Assembly: GCF_009914755.1 (NCBI RefSeq)
Contig: NC_060932.1
Reading direction: 5' to 3' (one strand)
Length of the DNA stretch: 64,000 bases
DNA from: the human T2T-CHM13v2.0 reference genome, Homo sapiens
Every line of letters begins with the position of its first letter. The first letter of the stretch is position 1. The notes beneath the pieces were generated by a model. That model did not search any database and was not told the DNA's origin. It was given only the letters and a program-made list of their open reading frames with translations. Position numbers and translations under genes: made by a program. Shown piece after piece: positions 23,848 through 42,091 of the stretch.

Positions 23848-24321
23848 TTATCATAAAATTACTTACATATAAATTCAGGGCACAATGAAACTCACTTGTT
23901 GAATAACATCACATAGACATTAAATAAATGTTAAGGAAAGGAAAGTCTTTCCATTATAACTCATTCCATCAGAAGCAGATATGAGCCAGCCCAACATCTT
24001 GCTAGCAAATTTTACCAGTGGCTGAGTGCTAGGTCTAACTTCTCCCACAGACCTTTATCATACCTCTCACTAGTCATGACTCAAGCAATGCTAAGTGGGA
24101 GGGAATCAAGATAAACAGGCCATTTGGATACGTTGAATACCAACTATCACTTTTTTTGTACACTTTTTACCTATCAATCACCTCAATCTGAATTTTGTCA
24201 TAATTTTGTTCCCACTGAAATACATCTAGATAATAAGTAGATTATTAGGGGAAATATATCATGATTGAATCTGCTGTGGGTGAGATAATCCATTATAAAA
24301 TCCCAAATTTCTTGTAACAAT

Positions 24322-24608
24322 ATTTTTTTTTGAGACAAGGTCTCACTCGCTCCCAGGCTGGAGTGGCACAATCATATAGCTCACTGTAACTTTGAACTCC
24401 TAGGCTCAAGCAATTTTCCTGCGTCAGCTTCTTGAGTAGCTGGGATGGTAGCTGCATGTCACCACACAAGGCTAATTAAAAAAAAAAAGTTTGTAAAGAC
24501 GGGGTCTCACTATGTTACCCAAGCTGGCCTCAAAATGCTGGCCTCAAGCAATCCTCCTGCCTCAGCCTCCCAAAATGGGTTTCCAAGCATGAGCCACTGA
24601 GCCCAGCC
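24322..24608 (-). mobile_element. AluJ
   Basis: Diverged antisense Alu. Confidence 0.85.
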
Positions 24609-26369
24609 TCTTGAAACCATTTTACACTTTAAAAGTCAGCAGTAACTTTTAAGTACTCCACCTCTAGGATTACTATTATTATTTATATTACTAGAGTGTG
24701 CTTTGAGAGTCACTAAAATATTTTGCTTACCAATAAGGAAATTTGAAAAAATACTACACTTTCAATCAAATATTCACACAAGGAGGGAAAAAAGAGAGTA
24801 AGGGGTTGTACATAAAACGAACAAAAATGAGTACTTCTCTGCTTTGCCAAAACCGCTCCTTCACAGGCCGCTGTGCAATGTGCACAGGAGAATAAAATAC
24901 TTGCAGGCAATTTGACATGTTCTCACTACAACAGCTAAAATGAAGACACTTGAGTTAAAGGCAGGGAAAAGAACTAACACTTATGTTTGCCAAGCACTTC
25001 ATATACATTATGTCACTTAGCCATTACTATTCCACTTTATATATGAAGAACATTTGTCATAACATGAATAAAATATAGTCAATTATCCTTCATTGACCTA
25101 AGTAAATTCACACTCAAATCAATGTAAAATGTTTAGAAATAATTTCACAGTCAAATCACAAATGAAAAACAGAAACAAACAAACAAAAACCTGAATAGGG
25201 TGGAAATAATGAGAAGCAAAATAAAGACCCCAAATTAAGAGTCAGAAAGGGCTAATTCATGGGTATTTTCCAGGCTTCCAGTATCTTTGAGATGATCACG
25301 TGTATCGAAGGAAGGGTAACAAGACGGGTCCATACCGATGCAAAGTACAAAGTCCATCGGCACAGGCAGCCCTGCACACTCCTACCTCCTCCCCAAAGGG
25401 CACTGTGACCCTTGATGAAAATGACATAAGTTGACAGTCAGGGACACAAGTGTCTTGGTTACGATGTAACTGACTGTCCTTAGTAGCTTTATAGTCATGT
25501 TTCAAACGGTCCCTCTTTTTTCTGCATCCCCGCCATTTTCCACTTTGACTTAAGTTACCATCTGGTAGCAACTCTCTCTCTCTTCCATTTCTAATTCTGC
25601 CTTATTTTATTCTAACCTTACTTCAGAAAGAACAGTTTTGCGTTTTATATTTTTATAGCTTGAAAATCTTTCTTCAGATAATATTAAAAATGATGACAAA
25701 AGCTATATGTATGATATTGTTTATTGTGGTGTTACTTACAAAACCAAAACAATCAAAGCATTTTCAAAATCCAACTATAGGAAGTGATGAAGTAAACTGT
25801 GGATCCGTCAGTGAAATATAATGTGGTTGGTAAGACTGTTTAAAGAACATATAGTGGCATGACAAAATGCATATATATAAAGTTTTTAAAAAGGCAGGAT
25901 AAAAATTTTAAGTACACTAAAATCACAACGAAAATGATATCCATGAAAAAGAATTTTTTCTTTCTTTTGAAAGAAGGGAATATCCAAACAATAAAAATGG
26001 ATATGTTATGATGGGTAGATTATCAAATAATTATTTTCCTTTTTTTCTGCAAAGTTCTTATTCTTATTTTCATAATTTAAATAAAAATTATCAACTTTTC
26101 ATTTTAACCTGTTCCAGCTCTCTATTTATATTACCAGAATTTATTTCAAGAGTACTTAAAAAGAACAATTGTATTAGCTGGAAAACTCAAGAAACATATT
26201 TTGAAACGTCAACCTTGTGTGCTAGGCATAACTGGATGACTTTAAAGTTCATTATAATAGGAAGATAATATAAAAATATAAATCCTCCCCTAAAGGGAGG
26301 TGCAACTCAGAATGCTATAAGTGCTTCACTTTTTTTAATACTACCAGAGTGAATAAGAACTAGACATTC

Positions 26370-26678
<309 letters not shown>

Positions 26679-26792
26679 TCAACAAATATCTGAAGAACAA
26701 ATAAACAAACCAAAGCAGAAGCTGAGTAGAATGTGAGACTATCTTACTAACTTAGAGATCCCTCTGGAGAGTTTTCTTTTAATGGTATGTCA

Positions 26793-29674
<2,882 letters not shown>

Positions 29675-29959
29675 TTTTCAAATGTCAGTATTCAAGGTCA
29701 GGGAGACTTTTCTGGCTGAAAAATTCATTTCTGATAGTCAATGCAGGATGTTAATTAGGCCAACATCTCATTCAGAATCTTCCTTCACATTACTTCAGTC
29801 AGACCAGAAATGAAGCACAAGGTTCTATATAGAGGGTACAGAAACTTTTTAATATTGCAGAGAGTTAACTTTTTTTTTCTAATGCTAAAAATTCCAGTGC
29901 TCTCATGGGCATGATCTAGGCTAGGGCAATCAAGGTTTTTTTTAAAATGCCCTTAAATC

Positions 29960-30268
<309 letters not shown>

Positions 30269-30490
30269 GCCCTTAAATCTTTTCTGGTAACATCACTCGA
30301 AAACAGAGAAAAGTGCCGAGTTGTCAAACTGAATAAAATAGCTTAGATTTTAAAAATTAAATCCTTTATGTAAAAAAAAAAAAAAAACAGGCAAAAATGA
30401 ATGCAATTCACTGACCAGAAAAACCTCTACATTCAGCAGTATTACTACAAATACACATTCAACAAATGAGAATTAAATAGCAATGATCTA

Positions 30491-30649
<159 letters not shown>

Positions 30650-31648
30650 TTAAAAATATATAAGAATCATCTTGATTAAATGCATACTACTTGTTTTACT
30701 GCATCCTAAAACACATAATAAAATACACAAAATCAGCTATTAAGTAAAGAAAATTAAGCAACTGTAATTTAGCATCTTTCCCAAGAGAATGGCTTTCCTT
30801 CTACATCCTGACTATAGGGACTGCAGGAAGGAGTAGATTAAGGGGATGATTAAGAGTGGAATAAGGAAAAAGAACAGCTTCATGGATCTTCCACAGTCGT
30901 CACTATCCTCTGCTTTCATTATTTTATACAGTTAGAATTCCCAGAATATTAGATACCTTCACACTGAAATAAAAGGCACTTTCAAGAGTCTGATATTATC
31001 TAGCACTTAGAGTATTTCCATTTTCCTGCTTTTATGTAAATAAGAGGTGTAAACAGATGATCATCTTAGCTAGCAATGAGAGTCAAAGAATTATACTTGA
31101 GGCACTGATTTTGATTTTCTGTCCACAAAATTCCATACCAAATCTGTAAACCATCACCTTGAAGCATCAAGATTGTTTCTTCTACTAACCTCACATATCC
31201 ATTGCACAGAGAGACGGTCAAATTATTTTTAAAAATTTTCAAGGCATTAAATGAAAAGAAAAAGGAGATTAAGAGGTTAAAGGTTTGGGTGTTCTTTGAA
31301 CTAAACATAGAGAATTTTTTTGAAAGTATTCTCTACAAAGCAAGTGTAGCACAGCAACAAAAATGGTATTTAATGGGACTAAAATTATTATATTGAATGT
31401 TCAAAATGTTATTTTGTAACTTTTGATTTTTTCCTCTTTTGGAAAAAATAGTTTCTGTTGGTCAAAAAGCATATAGACTCTTTTTTCATCAATTAGATTT
31501 GGGGGGTAGAAGGGTGGATAAACTGCTGTCTGAGTACCTTTAATGGAAACCTGGTAAGAAAGTTGAAGAAAAAGTATAGCAACACATTCAAAGCCAAAGA
31601 GGGATAAATCATTGAGTAGTTTGCATTTTACTATTTTCAAGAATTATT

Positions 31649-32006
<358 letters not shown>

Positions 32007-32145
32007 TTAACTTGAAAGTAAGGGGGAATAACTATTAATATACTCATCTACATGTCAAAAGTTATCAAACTAGTCTTCATTGAGCAGCTATGGGATTTAA
32101 GATACTCTCCACATAACTCAGTCAAAAATAAAGTTTTGGTTAGAA

Positions 32146-32448
32146 TTTTTTTTTTTTTTTTTTTTTGAGACAAGGTATCACTTTGTTGCCCAGACTGAAG
32201 TACAGTGGCATGGTCATGGCTCACTGCAGCCTCACCCTCTCCAGGCTCAGGTGATCCTCCTACCCTCAGCCTCCTGAGTAGCCGGGACCACAGGCGCACA
32301 CCAACACGCTCAGCTAATTTTTGTGTTTTTTGTAGAGATGGGGTATCACCATGTTGCCCAGGCTGATCTCTAACTACTGGGCTCAAGCGATCCACCTGCC
32401 TTGGCCTCTCAAAGTGCTCAAATTACAGGCTAAGCCACTGTGCCTGGC
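32146..32448 (-). mobile_element. AluJ
   Basis: TSD TTTGGTTAGAATT. Confidence 0.9.
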
Positions 32449-32816
32449 TTTGGTTAGAATTATTAATACATAACAGCACTGTTAAAGATTTGGATGTCTT
32501 AAAATATAAAAATCACCTTGAGTTATTTAAAAGAAAATGCCATTTATAAAACGGAGTGTGATTCAACAGAGACAGTACTGCAATGGATATTAAGAAATGC
32601 AGTTCTTTCAGACAAATTTGAGTTTAAAAAAAAAGAAATACAGCTCTTTAAAATTTGTTTCCATCATGAGTCACAGAATTACATTAACTAAATTAATTTT
32701 AGTTTGCTTCCATTTTTCTTTTTCATCAATTTAAGATATAATTCTTACATAAATGTCACAGAAAATGTCCCTTGCCTGATGAAAAAAATACATGGAAATT
32801 CAAGGCACTATTTCTA

Positions 32817-33002
<186 letters not shown>

Positions 33003-33015
33003 TTAGAGGGAGATG

Positions 33016-33052
33016 CTGCTGCAGAGACAGGACACAAAATACAAAAAAAACA
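33016..33052 (-). promoter_or_regulatory. Splice acceptor (polypyrimidine tract + tandem CAGCAG) upstream of the ATG exon
   Basis: Minus strand reads ttgttttttttgtattttgtgtcctgtctctgCAG|CAG|catc, 40 or 37 nt before the ATG. Confidence 0.65.
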
Positions 33053-33786
33053 AGGCACGTCCGAGACAAGGCAAACAGATGTGTCATAATGTTTCTCTTT
33101 CAAACTTTGAACATTTTAATGAATTCTTTCAAATTCCAGGTTACAGATATTGGGTAATATTTTTAAAAGTAAAGTCCAATAGCAAGTTATCACCTACAAG
33201 ACAATGGAATACTTGGATTCTCTCAAAAACATTATCATTATAAAATGCATTTGTGCCTAAAAAAAAAAAGACAAATTTTATGCTCCATGGAAAATAAACA
33301 TGTTTTCTAGATAATCATCACTTTTATTTTAAACGTGGACACAGAAGGAAAATCAATCACGTACCCTGCTTACTTAATATATTAAACACATATTCAATTC
33401 AGTCATATACATTATCTATTACATGCAAGGCAAGACTACATCCAAAGAGTACAACCATGAGAAACCCTGAGGAGTCCCATGGGAATGGTGAGGAGTGACA
33501 CCACCATGACCGCTACCATTTATGAAATGCCTATTTTTCCAGGATCCTTGCTGGGCATTTTGCATCCATTTTTTCCAGTGATCACAACAAAGAATTAGAG
33601 ATAGCCAGATTCAGCTATGCTTATTCATTCATGCAAAATAAATTATTTACTGAGTGTCAATTTTATGCCAAGAATTACATAAAGCCTTAGAGAAACATGC
33701 TAAGCAAAACAGTCCCTGCCCTTGAGGAGCTTAGAATCTAGTAAAAGAAATACGGATGAGAAAATGGATAATACATTTCTCTGATC

Positions 33787-34070
33787 TCGGCAAACTATCG
33801 CAAGGACAAAAAAACCAAACACCACATGTTCTCACTCATAGGTGGGAATTGAACAATGAGAACACTTGGACACAGGAAGGGGAACATCACACCCTGGGGC
33901 CTGTCGTGGGGTGGGGGAGGGGGCAGGGATAGCATTAGGAGATATACCTAATGTAAATGACGAGTTAATGGGTGCAGCACACCAGCATGGCACATGTATA
34001 CATATGTAACAAACCTGCACGTTGTGCACATGTACCCTAGAACTTAAAGTATAATAAAAAAAAGAAAGAA
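33787..34070 (+). mobile_element. Short L1PA 3' end with A tail
   Basis: L1PA 3'UTR sequence. TSD GAAAA(T/C)GGATAATACA on both sides. Confidence 0.9.
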
Positions 34071-34260
34071 AGAAAACGGATAATACAGTTTTAGTAAGTG
34101 CTATGATGGGGGGCAAAAAATAAGGGTGCCGTGGGAGCACACAGCAGGGATTCCCACTGCAGCCTTGGGCATTAGGGAAGCATTTCTGGAGGAAGCCAGC
34201 AAAGCAAGGATGTGGGAGAGCAGAAGGAGGAGGATATGGCTCCCAGCAGAGGAAGAGCAT

Positions 34261-34781
34261 TGTGATGGTTAATATTGAGTGTCAACTTGATTGGATTGAA
34301 GGACGCAAAGTACTTTTCCTGAGTGTGTCTGTGAGGGTGTTGTCAAAAGAGAGAAACATTTAAGTCAGTGGACTGGGAGAGGCAGATCCACCCTTAATCT
34401 GGGTGGACACGATCTAATCAGCTGCCAGTGCAGCTAGAATAAAGCAGGCAAACGTGGAAGGACTTGACCTGTTGAGTCTTCTGGCCTTCATCTTTCTCCC
34501 ATGCTGGATGCTTCCTGCCCTCAAACATTAGACTCCAAGTTCTTCAGATTTTGGACTCTTGGACTTACACCCAGTGATTTGTCAGGGGCTCTCGGTACTG
34601 TCAGTTTCCCTACTTTTGAGGTTTTGGGAATTAGACTGGCTTCCTTGCTCCTCAGCTGGCAGGCAGCTTTTTGCGAGACTTTACCTTGTGATCACGTGAG
34701 TCAATACTCCTTAACAAACTCCCCTTCATATATACATCTATCCTATTAGTTCTGTCCCTCTAGAGAACCCTGACTAATACA
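34261..34781 (+). mobile_element. MLT2A (HERVL) solo LTR
   Basis: Starts TGTGATGGTTAATATTGAGTGTCAACTTGATTGGATTG and ends CTGACTAATACA. 5-bp TSD AGCAT/AGCAC. Confidence 0.9.
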
Positions 34782-34904
34782 AGCACATAAAAAGCATGCC
34801 TTTCTCCGGTGAGAGACAACAGGGTTCCAGAATGTAGTTTAACACAGCCGCAGTGTATGTGCTGCACACCAGCAGGGAGGGAAGGGGAAAAACAAGAATG
34901 TGGC

Positions 34905-35045
34905 CCAGAACACGGGGAGAGAGGGCAAACGGTGAGGGCAAAGGGGAGAAGAGAAAGAGGGAAAAGGAGGAACAGGGAGAAGGGGAGGGAAGAGAGGAGG
35001 GGGAGACCCAAAGGTAGCCTCAGCAATGGGGGAGTAGGGAGAGGC
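34905..35045. repeat. GA-rich polypurine tract
   Basis: Seen directly. Confidence 0.8.
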
Positions 35046-36044
35046 GAGCCCTCCCCAAGAAGCTACTCCTGAGGGGCCACTGCCTCAGATCCTGGAAAGT
35101 TATTTATTACAAAGTGAGAAATTAGTTAAAAATAAAGGAGGGAAAGTTTTTAGATTTTGTGATGAGATCTTGGACATGCTTTTTACACTGCTTGAAATGG
35201 CAGTGTTGGCAGCTAAAAGTGAGGATGGAGACCAGACAGTAAGGAGCTACAGAGCACAGGTGAAGAGCATTAGGAAACGTAGTCAGGGACAGCAAAGGGA
35301 AGGGGAGAATCCAGCTCAGCACTGGTTCCAAAGGCCTGTTTTGGCAGCTCCAACCTGTCCTGCCAGGTCCTCTGGGCCCAGCCCACGCTTCCTTCCCTGC
35401 AGCAAGGCTCCAGGCTTGTTCTCTAATGCTGCCACCACCCTCTCTATTCTTGGGGTTGATCCTCTTTCCAAGCAACAAAGAAAGAAGAGTGGCTCCTTCT
35501 TTCTTTGATGTACTTGAAGACAAACTCTTTTGATTTCACAGGATTTGTTGCTAAAGACTTGAGAAAACAAATAAGACAATTATAAGCACAAAAATAATGA
35601 AAATGGCAACAAAACTAACTAAAATATGGAGTAAATTATAATTTCCAGTCTTAAAGAACTCAGAATCACGATCCAGACTCTAACAGCTTCTTTCTCATTT
35701 TATTTGTAAAGGTGAAGATGACCAGACAACTTTCTTTCAGCTTTAAGTCAGCCTCCTCTCCCTCTTCAAAGCCCCTCTTCTAGGACAGAAGAGGCCATCA
35801 GGGACTAACAATAAATGCCTCACACCCTCCAGCGGACATCTGCATTTCTGAACATTCCAGACCAAGGTTATACCAAAGAACAGCCCTCTTAGTGGCATTT
35901 TATTCTATCAGGCCAAGATAAAGTTTTCCTAAAACTGGCTTTTTAGTAAAAGTTCACATGATAAATACACATTCATTATACTATTGTTATCCTTATGCTT
36001 TTGTGTGTATTTGAAATTTTCCAAAATAAAAAAAAATTTTTTTA

Positions 36045-36396
<352 letters not shown>

Positions 36397-36750
36397 TTAA
36401 GGAATATGCTGAAATCATGAAAAACCAAATATTTTTGATGTGATGTTTCCTGTAAACACGGTCTCTACCTAATTCTAGTGGAAAAAGAAAAATTAAGGAT
36501 ACTTTACAGAACTAATAAAAAGGCTATTTAAAACACACACACACACGTAGGAAGAGATAATAAAAAGAAGAAAGTACTTATGTTCTAGGGCAACCAATTA
36601 AAAAATCACTGAAAAAATGCTTTCTCAAATTACCAGTAAAGAGAACTAGTGTTGAGATAAACTTGTTTAAAACTAACAGCTGTGAAAAAATTACTGTATT
36701 TTTAAGGCACCCCCAAATATGGGTGTATTTAAACATTTTAAAAATATTTC

Positions 36751-37045
36751 AGCTGGGCATGGTGGCTCACACCTATAATCTCAAGAATTTGGGAGGCTGA
36801 GGTGGGTGGATCAGTTGAGGCCAGGAGTTCAAGACCAGTGTGGTCAACATGGCAAAACCTCATCTGTACTAAAAATACAAAAAAATTAGCCATGTGTGGT
36901 GGTGCACACCTGTAATCCCAGCTACTCAGAGGCTGAGGCATGAGAACTGCTTGAACCTGAGAAGTAGAGGTTGCAGTGAGCCGAGATCACACAACTGAAC
37001 TCCAGCCTGGGTGACAGAGAGAGACTTCATCTCAAAAAATAATAA
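36751..37045 (+). mobile_element. Alu (S-type)
   Basis: TSD AAAATATTTCA. Confidence 0.9.
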
Positions 37046-37324
37046 TAAAATATTTCAAATATTTTTAAATTAAGATTTCCTTTTATCACCTAGCTTAGAA
37101 CTCAAAGGAAATGTTAAATATTGGCTCACATATTTATTATTCATCCACCCATTCGTTCACTCACTTAGCAAAATGTATTGAACATCTGTCATGTCAAGCA
37201 TGGAAGATGTAATACTGAACCCAAGGAGATAAGGTCCCTGCTCTCCTGAAGCTTAATTGGGGCAGTCAGACAATAGGTAAGTAAATGAATGAACCAAGTT
37301 TATTTCAGATAAAGTACAATAAAA

Positions 37325-37947
37325 GTAGAGTTCTATATTGGTGATGGTTAAGTTCTATAAAGTCACTGTGAACACTGAATTAGCAAATACTGAACCATTG
37401 TTCCTAGGGGGACTTATAAGGGTAGGTTCCTATGAGCCTCTGGTCCCAACATTTTCATCAACCAGTCCATACATCACTTTGTCATATTTGTGTTTCTGTT
37501 TAAAGACATCTTATTTAATATATACATTATTGATTCATTAACATGGAACTCACGGTCAAATAAGTTAATCTCACACCCGTATTTTTTCCACAAGATACAT
37601 CACAGCCTTCTTGTGCTTAGGAACACTGAACAGCACTTCAGTGTAACTATACTTGGGGGTCCTCTAAAATAGGAAAATCACCAAAAAAAGGACAGAAATG
37701 CAAAAAACATGGTACTAAATAGTGAAAAAGACACTTGTTTACAGTATGGAAGCTAAAACGAGAAGGCAGAGCATTGACTTGTTCGACCTCAGCTGGGAAA
37801 GTATACTTCAGGTGAATTTTTTGCTGCTCTGCACATGTCCACAGGAGACTAGGAAAGCATCACAAGTATTGACTTTGGGGTTACAAATACATTTTAGTGA
37901 GCAGATGAATCTGTAAGGGCAGAATCTGTGAATAATGAGGGTTGACT
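37325..37947. mobile_element. Tigger-family MITE (MER82-like)
   Basis: Ends gaatctgtgaataatgagg..gact; recalled consensus. Confidence 0.55.
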
Positions 37948-37961
37948 TGGCAATGTCATGA

Positions 37962-38309
<348 letters not shown>

Positions 38310-38475
38310 AATAAGGTGATCCTGAGCTGAGATCTCAATGGACCAGAGTAGCCACAGATATCTGGAGGAATATCTAAAAGTGAAGAGCACTCTTCACAAA
38401 GAGAACAGTGAGTGCAAAGGCTATAAAACCAGAATGAGGTTGGCATGTTCTATAGGTAGACAAGCTCTGTGTATC

Positions 38476-38780
38476 ACAGCTATGGTATCCAATATGGTAG
38501 ACCCTAGTCATAGGTGGCTACTGAGCACTTAAAACATGCTAGTCAGAATTGTGATGTGCTATAAGTGTAAAATACACATCAGATTGCAAACACTTCTTGA
38601 GGAAAAAAAAAAGAATCTAAAATATCTCATTAACAATTTATATGCTGTATTGATTTTATGTTGAAATGATACTAGTTTGGATACTTTGGATTAAATAAGG
38701 TTATTTACATTAATTTCACCTGTCTCTTTTTGCATTTTTAATGTGGCTTTCAGAAATTTTTAAATTACATATGAAGCTAG
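38476..38780. mobile_element. MER33/MER3-like hAT fossil
   Basis: tccaatatggtag..gtggctactgagcactt..gtgctataagtgtaaaatacac motif. Confidence 0.65.
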
Positions 38781-40613
38781 CAAAGGGGAGAGGAGAATAA
38801 GACAAGGTTTGAAAGATAGCAGATATCAGGTATTTTAGGGCTTTATAAGTCATAACAGAGTTTGGATTTTATTCTACGTGCATCAAAAATCCATCAGAAG
38901 GCTTTGAATAGGAAGAAACATCTTAGAGTTGGGTTAAAAGCAAATCTCTGGTTTAAAGGCACATAAAGGACACTGTGGAACACAAAGAAGGGAGTTGTTA
39001 ATTCTCAGGAAAGGCTTTAAGGAGATGACCCCCCTAAGCTAAGTCCAGGTTGGAGGAGTGGTCAGACCTCTTTATAGAGTCGTTGCTGGGCAATGACACA
39101 GAGGTATCAAAAGAACTTCTCTGTTCAAGGAATGTAAGCAGTTAAATATGGCTAGCATGGTGATCTCTCCCATGCCATTCTTCAAAGAATCCTAAATCTA
39201 TATCTTCAGGCATCTCTTCTGAGCAATCAGCATACAAAAAGAACTGCTTATTAGGGAGCTTTACCTGGATGTCTCAAGGGCATCTCAAATTCAAAATGCC
39301 CCCAAACTAGCCACGTTTTCCAACTGAAGTATGTTTCCTTCCAGATTCCCTAACAGTACCTGACATCATCATGCTCCAGTAACAAAAGGTAGAAACCTGG
39401 ATGCCAACATGGACACCCCTCTTTCCTCCTAAATCTTGTCATTCAATAAGAGCTGTTCGTTTTATCTCTTACATATCTCTTAATCTGTCTACTTCTCTCC
39501 ATCTCCACCCTACTCCAAGCTACTGTCATTTCATGCCTGGGTTGTTGTATTAGGATTTAACTGATCTCCTCACATCCAGTCACATTCCCACAGTCTAAAA
39601 TTTGAATTTCAAAACACTAATGAAGGTATCTTAACTTTTAAAAAATGATTCTTACCTTTTCTTGTATCTCCATTCATCTGGAGAACAGAAAAGAAATTGA
39701 TAAAGAGGGAGACAGAAGAGTGAAAACCTTCGGCCACCTCTGGCTCATTTAGGATGACTGTGTAGCTGGCAGGCAGCCTTCTGGGCTTTTCAGTGAGTGA
39801 ATGGACCTGCTTATGGTCCCTCACAGAACTCTGAGATGGAGCAATCTATGAAGCCCTTCTATCTTGGGATAGATTGCTCAAAGTTTCTATCCACTCATTT
39901 GAGGTGTCATCATGACATGGGAAAAGATGGCTGGAATATGAATGGCTTACACAAGAATATTTTCCACCATATAAAAGCCTGGCCAGACCTCTCAAGGCTG
40001 GTGCCAGGATGTCAGAGAGCCAGACTACTTCTATCTTACTGCTCTACCTCCCTGAACGTACAGGATCTACCTTATGGTTTGAGGTGGCTTTTCAGTAGGT
40101 GAATGTTTATATGGTGCTGATGGCAACCAAGGTTTCCAGTGTTGGAGAAAAACATAAAGATTTAAGATCAATAAGATTAAGTGAAAACTCCCAAAGTCCT
40201 AAACATGAATTGGAAGTATCATTATACAGGCTTTTATTTAAAATAACCATGAAAAAATGTTTCCTAGCACTGTCCACTGAACTGCAGGCGCCCAGAAACA
40301 ATCATCAAACCAAGAGCATTAAAAACCCCTAACAACCAGGCTGTGATCTCATTCCTGAAAAAAGAAAAAAAAAACTAGGGCCCCTGGAAGAAGTAGCTGA
40401 TTCCAGGTCTGTGGTAGGAAATATACAAAATGAACCTGTAATAATTTGTCATTTCAGAAGTCTAGGAATCTATCAAAGACAACTGCAATCATGGCAGTCA
40501 CCGATTTAATGAGGTGCCAACTGACCAAAGATAGGACTATAAACCTTAATAAGAATATTAACTTTAATGGATTAAAATATGTTAAGCATGTAGAATACAC
40601 AAATGTGTAAATA

Positions 40614-40934
40614 TACGGTAATCCCCCCTTATCCCTGGGGAATACAGCTCAAGACTTCCAGTGTGTGCCTGAAACTGTGGATAGTACTGAACCCTATATA
40701 TGCTATGTTTTTTCCTATATATACATACCTATGATAATTTATAAATTAGGCACAGTAAGAGATTAACCACAACAGCTAATAATAAAATAGAACAATTATA
40801 ACAATGTACTATAATAAAAGTTATGTGAATGTGCCCTTTCTCTCAAAATATTTTATTGTATGTAATATTTTCTGACCTCAGTTGATGATGGATAACTGAA
40901 ACCAGAAACTGAAAATGAGGGGGAACTGCTGTAC
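40614..40934. mobile_element. MER44A-like (Tigger7) MITE
   Basis: TA-flanked; 5' cccccttatcc and 3' ggggggaactgctg termini. Confidence 0.7.
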
Positions 40935-41717
40935 AGCACTTAAAAACAAAACAACAGCAAAAACAAATGAAAACCTTACTCATCTTTGGAGGATACTAAA
41001 GGATCAACTTAATTTGAAACCCAATACATATCAGGAAATAACCAAGCATTTATTCAAATAAATGATGATAGGAAAGTTTCTCACAGTATCTCAACTAATA
41101 AATGAGGGAATTAGAGTATGATTATAAAATATTACCATTTTGCAAACCTTAATAAATGGAGCTTGGCAATTATGACGATTAATGTTTTGTTTCAGCTTGG
41201 TTAGGCTATATAGTATCTAGTTATCTAATTAAACACTAATCTAGGTGTTGCTGGGACAGTATTTTGTAGATGTAGTTACCACGTACAGTCAGTTGACTTT
41301 AAGTAAAGGAGATTTTCCTCAATAATCTGAGTGGGCTTTATCTAATTAGTTGAAAGTCCCTGGAGAAAAACTGATGTTTCCTTGAGGAAGGAAATTCTAC
41401 CTCAACACTGCAGTACTAACTCCTGCCGAAGATGTGTCTCTGGCAGAACACCACCATCTATATAGCATTCTTGCCAGAAAAAAATCAAACCCAACTCTGA
41501 TGAAGCCTTTAGATCTAACTCCTGATTTAGAGGAATAGAAGACAAAACAACATATTAAATGGCATCGCGGGGATACAATCAGCAAAATCAGACTGCAGTT
41601 TTGACCTGAGACAAATAAACTGTTTCTTTCCACAAATAAATTACAATTAATCAGTCAATCATCCGTATAGGGGGTAGGGATAATCTATAGATTAAAAGAG
41701 ATTTAAGAAACATAGCA

Positions 41718-42091
<374 letters not shown>

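Noticed and set aside
25296-25571. 91-aa minus-strand ORF with several CpGs in intron 2
   Set aside because: No convincing splice sites or protein similarity.
33773-33790. CATTTCTCTGAT at the 5' junction of the short L1, a possible micro-inversion
   Set aside because: Only about 12 nt; cannot be distinguished from chance.
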